Of a DNA stretch of 64,000 bases, positions 57,716 to 64,000 are shown piece after piece. Under the pieces are notes generated by a model. It made no database searches, was not told the origin of the DNA, and saw nothing but the letters and a program-made list of their open reading frames with translations. Source of the stretch: an uncultured Eubacteriales bacterium (lineage in GTDB: Bacteria; Bacillota; Clostridia; Lachnospirales; CAG-274); assembly GCA_949293325.1 (NCBI GenBank), contig CASFCZ010000058.1, positions 12,817 to 76,816 of the forward strand. Direction: 5' to 3'. Position 1 is the stretch's first letter; each line of letters opens with the position of its first letter. The position numbers and the translations under genes are program-made.

Positions 57716-60058
57716 TTATTTTTCACATGGCATTATATAACTGTTATCAAGGGTCTTTTGTATTATATAGGAAGCATCTGCGGCAGTCAGACCTTTGCTT
57801 GCATCTGCATCAAGATAATAATCAGGTTCTCCGCCTTTTTTCTCAAGATCGGTAATAAAACTGCCGTCAAGTACCTTTTGCATTAACATAGCCCCATCAC
57901 CTGCTGTTAAAAGTCCGTCTCCGTTGGCATCACCATAAATAAATGTAATATATTCCACATTGTAGCCTTGAGCCAATGCCCATTGTTCCCCATAGCTGCC
58001 CTCTATTACCCTAACGGTAGTCAAAGGGGTTCCCTCAAAGGTAGTATCCTCTATGGCTGTTACAGAATCTGTAATACTGATTGAAACAAGGGAGGAACAA
58101 TCCTTAAAGGCAAGGGCACCCATAGATGTAACTCCGTCAGGAACAGTCAGCTCAGTGAGATTAGTACAACCCTCAAAGGCACCTGCCCCTATTGCTGTAA
58201 CCTTAATCCCATCCACGGTGTATGGTATCTCGTCAATAACAACAGATGTATCACTGTCTGTTATAACACCCTCCATATCATAATAAATATTACCACCCTC
58301 TACAGGATATACACCGTCGGGAGTTTCAGTTATGCCCGGATCCTGTGGAATATCCGGCTCATCAGGTTGTTGGGCATCTGAATAATTATAGTGAACGGTA
58401 ACAGAGTCCAGCTCATCAGTTAGTCTGGTTATACTGTTCCACTCCTCCTCACTTCCCTCATAATAAATATCACTCAGGTTATCACAATGAAGAAAAGCAC
58501 CTATTCCTATCCATTCTAAACTTTTGGGAATATTTACACAGGTTAAGCTGCTACAGCCATAGAATACATAGATGGAAATGCTATTAATACCCCGGGGAAT
58601 GCTTATGTTTGTTAAACTGCTGCAATCCCTGAATGCTTCAGTCCCTATTAACGTAATACTGTCAGGGAGGTTTATTTCTTTTAAGCTGCTGCAACCATAG
58701 AATGCATGCATTTTAATACCCGTAATGCCCTCAGGGAGGTTTATTTCTTTTAAGCTGCTGCATTTACTGAATGCACTTTCACCTATTCCCGTAATGCTGT
58801 CAGGGAGGCTTATACTGGTTAAGCTGCTACAGCCACTGAATGTGGCAATTCCAATCCCCCTAATGCCATCAGGGAGGCTTATGCCTGTTATGCCGCTGCA
58901 GCCACTGAATGCACCACTTCCAATTAGCGTAATGCCATCAGGGAGGCTTATGCCCGTTAAGCTGCTGCAGCCACTGAATGCACTGTCCCCGATTTCCGTA
59001 ATACCATCAGGGAGGCTTATGCCAGTCAAGCCGCTGCAGCTACTGAATGCCTGATTTCCAACCTCCCTGACAGTGTCAGGGATTACAAAATCTCCTTCTT
59101 TACCTGCAGGATAATTAATAATCTTTGTAAAATCCTTATTATATAATACTCCGTCAACAGAGCTAAATAAGGCATTGTTTCCGGTGGTGCTAATTTCGGT
59201 TAAACTGCTACAGCCATTGAATACACCATCCCCAATTTCCGTAACACTGTCAGGAATGCTTATGTCTGTTATGCTGATACAGTAACGGAATGCAGCTCTT
59301 TCAATGGTTGTAACACTGTTGGGGATATCTATGTCCGTTAAGCTGCTGCAAAAGGAGAAGGCAGAGCTTCCAATAGTCGTAACGCTGTCAGGAATGCTTA
59401 TACTCCTTAAGCTGCCGCAGTCACTGAAAGCGTAATCCCCAATGGTCATAACCCCATCAGAGATTCTCAGGCTTGTTAAGCTGCTGCAGTTGGCAAAGGT
59501 GCGCTGCTCAATTGTTGTAATACTGCCCGGGATACTTATATCTGTTAAACTGTCACAGCCAAAAAACGCAAGTCTCCCGATAGCCGTAACGCTGTCAGGA
59601 ATATTTATACTTGTTAAGCTGCTGCAGCCATAGAATGCATATTCTCCAATAGTCGTAACACTGTCAGGAATGCTTATACTCCTTAAGCCGCTGCAGCCAT
59701 CAAATGCTTCACTCCCAATAGTCGTAACGCTGTCAGGAATGGTTATGTCTGTTAAGTTATTGCAGTTATGGAATGCAGAGCTTCTAATGGTTGTAATCTT
59801 TATCCCGTCAATTTCACCCGGAATATCGGCAGCCACAACGGATTCATCACAATCAATTATTTCTCCCAATATATTATAGTAGATATTACCCCCTTCAACG
59901 GCATAGGAAAAATCTCCCGTTACCATAACAGTAAGGGCTGCATCGGAGGTGGTATCATCCCCACCTATTGTCCCTGCCATAACAGTACTTACACCCACAT
60001 CAGGCAAAGTTACAGCCACCGCAAGAATCAGGCTGACAAGTTTTCTTTTGAATTTCAT
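57716..60058 (-). CDS. secreted BspA-like leucine-rich-repeat protein with a C-terminal dockerin
   Basis: ATG at 60058 with an AAGGAG RBS. About 20 tandem 23-aa repeats of form IPDSVTxIGxxAFxxCSSLTxI. C-terminal dockerin GDANGDGLLTAGDGAMLMQKVLD...DADASKGLTAADASYIIQKTLD. Confidence 0.85.
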   Translation of the reverse strand: MKFKRKLVSLILAVAVTLPDVGVSTVMAGTIGGDDTTSDAALTVMVTGDFSYAVEGGNIYYNILGEIIDCDESVVAADIPGEIDGIKITTIRSSAFHNCNNLTDITIPDSVTTIGSEAFDGCSGLRSISIPDSVTTIGEYAFYGCSSLTSINIPDSVTAIGRLAFFGCDSLTDISIPGSITTIEQRTFANCSSLTSLRISDGVMTIGDYAFSDCGSLRSISIPDSVTTIGSSAFSFCSSLTDIDIPNSVTTIERAAFRYCISITDISIPDSVTEIGDGVFNGCSSLTEISTTGNNALFSSVDGVLYNKDFTKIINYPAGKEGDFVIPDTVREVGNQAFSSCSGLTGISLPDGITEIGDSAFSGCSSLTGISLPDGITLIGSGAFSGCSGITGISLPDGIRGIGIATFSGCSSLTSISLPDSITGIGESAFSKCSSLKEINLPEGITGIKMHAFYGCSSLKEINLPDSITLIGTEAFRDCSSLTNISIPRGINSISIYVFYGCSSLTCVNIPKSLEWIGIGAFLHCDNLSDIYYEGSEEEWNSITRLTDELDSVTVHYNYSDAQQPDEPDIPQDPGITETPDGVYPVEGGNIYYDMEGVITDSDTSVVIDEIPYTVDGIKVTAIGAGAFEGCTNLTELTVPDGVTSMGALAFKDCSSLVSISITDSVTAIEDTTFEGTPLTTVRVIEGSYGEQWALAQGYNVEYITFIYGDANGDGLLTAGDGAMLMQKVLDGSFITDLEKKGGEPDYYLDADASKGLTAADASYIIQKTLDNSYIMPCEK
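58510..59800. repeat. 69-bp-periodic coding repeats (LRR units)
   Basis: Recurrent gtcagg(g/a)a(g/t)gcttat...gttaa(g/a)ctgctgcagcc blocks at the DNA level. Confidence 0.8.
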
Positions 60059-60273
60059 GCCTAACAACTCCTTTTTTCGTAATTATATTCGATTTATACA
60101 GGAGAAGATAATTTTTACTTCTGCTTAGGTCTACCCTATGATATAACACAAATAAATTTATCTTTAACCTATTTAATTACTGTCTTATATATATATTATA
60201 TGTTTTTACTATAAAAGTCAATTTAATATAATAATAAGGAGCATATTTATATAAAATATTTTTATGTATAATA

Positions 60274-60308
60274 TAAAAGGCTGTTCTCCCAACAGGAAAA
60301 CAGCCTTT
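60274..60308 (-). terminator. intrinsic terminator after rsmA
   Basis: Minus strand reads aaggctgtt-ttcctgttgggag-aacagcctt followed by tt. Confidence 0.65.
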
Positions 60309-60321
60309 AACATTATTTATT

Positions 60322-61173
60322 CTATTCCGCAAAGGCATCTGCCAGCTTTGCAAAGTCCTCAAGGGAGAGGCTCTCTCCCCTGACCCGTTCATCAAAGCCA
60401 TTAGCCTTAAGTATTTCCCCCAGCTGTGCCTTATCGAAGTTAAAATCGTTGCTATTAAAGAGGCAGTTTACAAGGGTCTTTCGCCTTTGGGAAAACGCCG
60501 CCTTAATAAGCCTGAACATAAGTGCCTCGTCCTTTACCTCAACAGGTGGCTTTTCATAGGGGGTAAGCCTTATAACCGCCGAGTCCACATTAGGCCGTGG
60601 CATAAAACAGTTCTGGGGCACATTAGCCACCAGGTAGGGTTCACAATAGTACTGAACAGCCAGAGAAAGGGCACCGTAGTCCTTAGAGGAGGGCTGTGCC
60701 TGCATACGCAGGGCAACCTCCTTCTGAATCATAACGGTAATACTTTCAACAGGCAGCCTTTGCTCCAGTATACCCATAATAATGGGGGTAGTAATATAAT
60801 AGGGGAGGTTGGCAACCAGCTTAAGTCTGGTATCACCTGCCAACGCCCTTATATCTGTCTTTAATATATCATTATTAATGATCTCTATATTGTCAAAGTC
60901 GGAGAGAACCTCCTTTAAAATAGGCACAAGGGTCTTGTCGATTTCCACGGCAATGACCTTTCCCGCACTCTTTGCAAGTGCCTGGGTAAGGGTACCTATA
61001 CCTGGGCCTATTTCAAGCACCGTATCCTCCTTTGTAATATCCGCAGAGGAAATTATCTTGTTAAGGACGTGCTCATCTATTAAAAAGTTCTGACCGAAGT
61101 TCTTCTTGAAGGCAAAATCGTATTTCTGAATAATAGCTTTGGTTTTTGCCCCAAGTCCCAATTCCCTGTCCAT
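60322..61173 (-). CDS. rsmA: 16S rRNA (adenine1518/1519-N6)-dimethyltransferase
   Basis: FGQNFLID and VLEIGPGIGTLT motifs. 1 nt from the alaS stop. Confidence 0.95.
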   Translation of the reverse strand: MDRELGLGAKTKAIIQKYDFAFKKNFGQNFLIDEHVLNKIISSADITKEDTVLEIGPGIGTLTQALAKSAGKVIAVEIDKTLVPILKEVLSDFDNIEIINNDILKTDIRALAGDTRLKLVANLPYYITTPIIMGILEQRLPVESITVMIQKEVALRMQAQPSSKDYGALSLAVQYYCEPYLVANVPQNCFMPRPNVDSAVIRLTPYEKPPVEVKDEALMFRLIKAAFSQRRKTLVNCLFNSNDFNFDKAQLGEILKANGFDERVRGESLSLEDFAKLADAFAE

Positions 61174-61174
61174 A

Positions 61175-63826
61175 TTACTTTACAAGGACAGATGCAGCTG
61201 CATCACGGCCTGCCTTAAGGGCATCGGCAATCTTTTCGGGATTCTTGCCACCTGCCTGAGCCATATTAGGACGACCGCCGCCGCCACCGCCGCAGATACC
61301 TGCCGCTACCTTAACTATATCTCCTGCCTTGGCGCCTGCCTTAACGGCATCATCACTGCACATAACAACAAGATTTACCTTGCCCTCTGCACCGCTTGCA
61401 AGGAGGATAACGGCACTGCCCAGCTTATCCTTAAGTCTGTCTCCAAGATTTCTGAGGCCGTTCATATCAAGACCCTTTGCCTCACCTGCAACAAACTTAA
61501 TACCGTTCATATCCTCAGCAGAGTTTATAAGGTCATCCACAAGGGAGCCGCTGAGCTTTGCCTTAAGGCTCTCAACTTCCTTTGCAAGGTTCTTGTTTTC
61601 CTCAAGGATAGAGGCAATACGTCTGCGGATATTCTGTGGAGTTGTCTTAAGCATATCCATCATTTCATTAAACATATAGCCCTGTTCCTCGTAATAGTTA
61701 AGTACGCCAAAGCCTGTAAGTGCCTCAATACGTCTTACACCTGCGGAAACACCGCTTTCTGAAATTATCTTGAAGGAACCTGCCTGGGCAGTGTTCTTAA
61801 GGTGAGTACCGCCGCAGAACTCCTTGGAGTAGCCGCCGATGTCAACTACACGTACAGTTTCCCCGTACTTTTCGCCGAAAAGTGCAGTTGCTCCTGTCTT
61901 TTTAGCCTCCTCAAGGGTCATTATCTTAACCTCAACGGGATGTGCCGCAAGGATGTGCTCGTTTACCATTCGCTCTATCCTTACAAGGTCCTCACGGGAG
62001 ATAGCCTCAAAGTGGGTAAAGTCAAAACGGAGATGGTTATTGTCCACAAGGGAACCTGCCTGCTCAATATGGGCACCCAGTACCTCCCTTAATACAGCCT
62101 GAAGAATATGGGTTGCAGTATGGTTTCTTGCAATGGCAAGCCTTCTGAAGCTGTCAACCTCCATATTTACAATATCCCCTACATGAAGGGTACCGCTTTC
62201 CACAACACCGCTGTGAAGGAACTTATTACCGCCGAACTTTGTACAGTCCTCAACTGTTATCTTAAGTCCCTTATCACCTGTAACAACGCCGCTGTCACCG
62301 CACTGACCACCCATTTCCGCATAGAATGGGGTCTTGTCGGTGATAAATACAACCTTGTCACCCTCCTGTACCTGATCCATTATTTCATCACCTGATACAA
62401 CGGCAAGTACCTTTGCACCCTGAAGGGTAGTGTCGGTATAGCCTGTAAACTCTGTGGACATGGCAGGATCAAGGCTGTTGAAGATAGTTTCGTCAGCTCC
62501 CATATAGGTACTTTCCCCACGGGCTGACCTTGCCCTTGTACGCTGCTTTTCCATTTCATTACGGAAGGCATCTTCATCTACGGTAATACCAGCCTCACCA
62601 AGGATCTCCTCCATAAGGTCAAGGGGGAAGCCGTAGGTATCGTACATCTTAAAGGAGTCCTCGCCTCCCATAACATCGGCGCCCTCTGCCTTTTTGATTT
62701 CATCTATCTTCTGCTTTAATATCTGTAAGCCGATATCAAGGGTAGCATAGAAACGCTCCTCCTCGGCTGTAATTGTCTTAATGATATTTTCACGCTTTTC
62801 CACCAGCTCAGGATAAGCCTCACCTGAATTGGAGATAACCACCTTACACATATCAGCAAGGAACTTGCGGTCAATGCCAAGGAGCTTACCATGACGTGCG
62901 GCACGTCTTAAAAGTCTGCGGAGTACATAGCCCCTGCCCTCATTGGATGGACGTACACCATCTGCAAGCATAAAGGTTACTGAACGGATATGGTCGGTAA
63001 TAACACGGATGGACACGTCATCATCGTGATTTACGCCGTATTCCTTGCCGCTGATACGGCATACCTCGTCCCTTATCATCTTAACGGTATCCACATCAAA
63101 AATAGAGTTTACACCCTGAAGTACCGTTGCAAGTCTTTCAAGACCCATACCTGTATCAATGTTAGGATGGGCAAGATTGGAATAGGAGCCGTCCTCCTCC
63201 TTACAGAACTGGCTGAATACAAGGTTCCAGATTTCCATATATCTGTCACAGTCACAGCCTACTGTACAATCAGGCTTACCGCAGCCGTATTCCTCACCCT
63301 TGTCATAGTAAATCTCTGAACATGGGCCGCAGGGACCTAAGCCGTGCTCCCAGAAGTTATCCTCCCTGCCCATACGGAAGATACGCTCAGGGGCAAGACC
63401 TATCTCCTTGTTCCAGATGTCATATGCCTCGTCATCGTCCTGGTAAACGGAAACATAAAGCCTGTCCTCAGGCAGTTCTATTACCTTGGTAAAGAATTCC
63501 CATGCCCAGTTGATAGCCTCCCTCTTGAAGTAATCACCAAAGGAGAAGTTACCCAGCATTTCAAAAAAAGTACCGTGGCGGGCTGTCTTACCTACATTTT
63601 CAATATCACCTGTACGGATACACTTCTGACAGGTAGTAACCCTCTTGCGTGGGGGTATCTGCTGACCTGTAAAAAATGGCTTAAGGGGTGCCATACCCGA
63701 ATTAATAAGAAGAAGTGACTTGTCGTTGTGTGGAATAAGTGAGGAGCTTGCCATCCTCAGATGTCCCTTTGATTCAAAAAAGGAGAGAAAGGTTTCTCTG
63801 ATTTCGTTTACACCCATATAGTGCAT
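61175..63826 (-). CDS. alaS: alanine--tRNA ligase
   Basis: ATG at 63826 with GGAGG 7 nt upstream. Motifs FFESKGH, FEMLGNFSFGDYFK, HTATHIL and C-terminal GGGGGRP. Confidence 0.97.
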   Translation of the reverse strand: MHYMGVNEIRETFLSFFESKGHLRMASSSLIPHNDKSLLLINSGMAPLKPFFTGQQIPPRKRVTTCQKCIRTGDIENVGKTARHGTFFEMLGNFSFGDYFKREAINWAWEFFTKVIELPEDRLYVSVYQDDDEAYDIWNKEIGLAPERIFRMGREDNFWEHGLGPCGPCSEIYYDKGEEYGCGKPDCTVGCDCDRYMEIWNLVFSQFCKEEDGSYSNLAHPNIDTGMGLERLATVLQGVNSIFDVDTVKMIRDEVCRISGKEYGVNHDDDVSIRVITDHIRSVTFMLADGVRPSNEGRGYVLRRLLRRAARHGKLLGIDRKFLADMCKVVISNSGEAYPELVEKRENIIKTITAEEERFYATLDIGLQILKQKIDEIKKAEGADVMGGEDSFKMYDTYGFPLDLMEEILGEAGITVDEDAFRNEMEKQRTRARSARGESTYMGADETIFNSLDPAMSTEFTGYTDTTLQGAKVLAVVSGDEIMDQVQEGDKVVFITDKTPFYAEMGGQCGDSGVVTGDKGLKITVEDCTKFGGNKFLHSGVVESGTLHVGDIVNMEVDSFRRLAIARNHTATHILQAVLREVLGAHIEQAGSLVDNNHLRFDFTHFEAISREDLVRIERMVNEHILAAHPVEVKIMTLEEAKKTGATALFGEKYGETVRVVDIGGYSKEFCGGTHLKNTAQAGSFKIISESGVSAGVRRIEALTGFGVLNYYEEQGYMFNEMMDMLKTTPQNIRRRIASILEENKNLAKEVESLKAKLSGSLVDDLINSAEDMNGIKFVAGEAKGLDMNGLRNLGDRLKDKLGSAVILLASGAEGKVNLVVMCSDDAVKAGAKAGDIVKVAAGICGGGGGGRPNMAQAGGKNPEKIADALKAGRDAAASVLVK

Positions 63827-63844
63827 AAATAGACCTCCAAACAA

Positions 63845-64000
63845 AAAAATTCTTAATAAAAAAGCCCCTGCTTATAAAAAGCAGGGACGTAGTTAACGTG
63901 GTACCACCCTGATTATACACACCAAGGGGGTATGTACATCTCATTAGTCCGTATCGCAGAGCTGCGGAAATACCGTATCTAAGGGAGCTTCACACAGGCA
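63845..64000 (-). promoter_or_regulatory. T-box riboswitch leader of alaS (3' part; stem I runs off the window)
   Basis: On the minus strand the T-box sequence aatcagGGTGGTACCACG (63897-63914) is followed by terminator gtccctgc-tttttataa-gcaggggc and tttttt (63857-63888). Confidence 0.85.

Noticed and set aside
58053-60064. Plus-strand ORFs inside the LRR gene (58725-59054, 59442-59633, 59670-59879, 59768-60064)
   Set aside because: They are repetitive shadow frames of the 69-bp LRR periodicity. The minus-strand product has a signal peptide, LRR consensus and a dockerin.

Overview
This is a 64-kb chromosomal segment of a mid-GC Firmicute of class Clostridia. Four cohesin/dockerin proteins with T/E/A/P-rich linkers point to a Ruminococcus-like cellulosome or amylosome producer. 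cwlD and yaaH/sleL suggest a spore former. I count about 58 credible protein genes, roughly 80% on the minus strand. Housekeeping content: the dcw-cluster tail (ylmH, divIVA); a tsaC-ywlE-rpiB-upp-tagO operon; radA; rplJ-rplL with an L10 leader; argCJBD divergent from argG; rpsF-ssb-rpsR; groES-groEL with a CIRCE operator; trmB; rsmA; and alaS with a T-box leader cut by the window edge. Accessory content: a scaffoldin-like protein; three other dockerin proteins; two paralogous M13 peptidases; an AT-rich HaeIII/NgoPII-like type II R-M island; a SLOG(DUF1273)/XRE pair; a Nif11-like small protein; and an ApbE flavinylation cluster. I saw no rRNA, tRNA, CRISPR array, transposase, integrase or prophage genes. 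The most unusual signal is a three-copy family of ORF-less, highly structured intergenic elements (258, 327 and 487 bp). Each lies directly 3' of a minus-strand gene. The copies show compensatory base-pair changes, and two of the three are bracketed by duplications of a locus-specific terminator hairpin. I could not assign this family to any class I know. CDS coordinates are anchored on the ORF track; starts were re-picked where an RBS supports an internal start. Non-coding coordinates were counted by hand and may be off by 1-2 nt.
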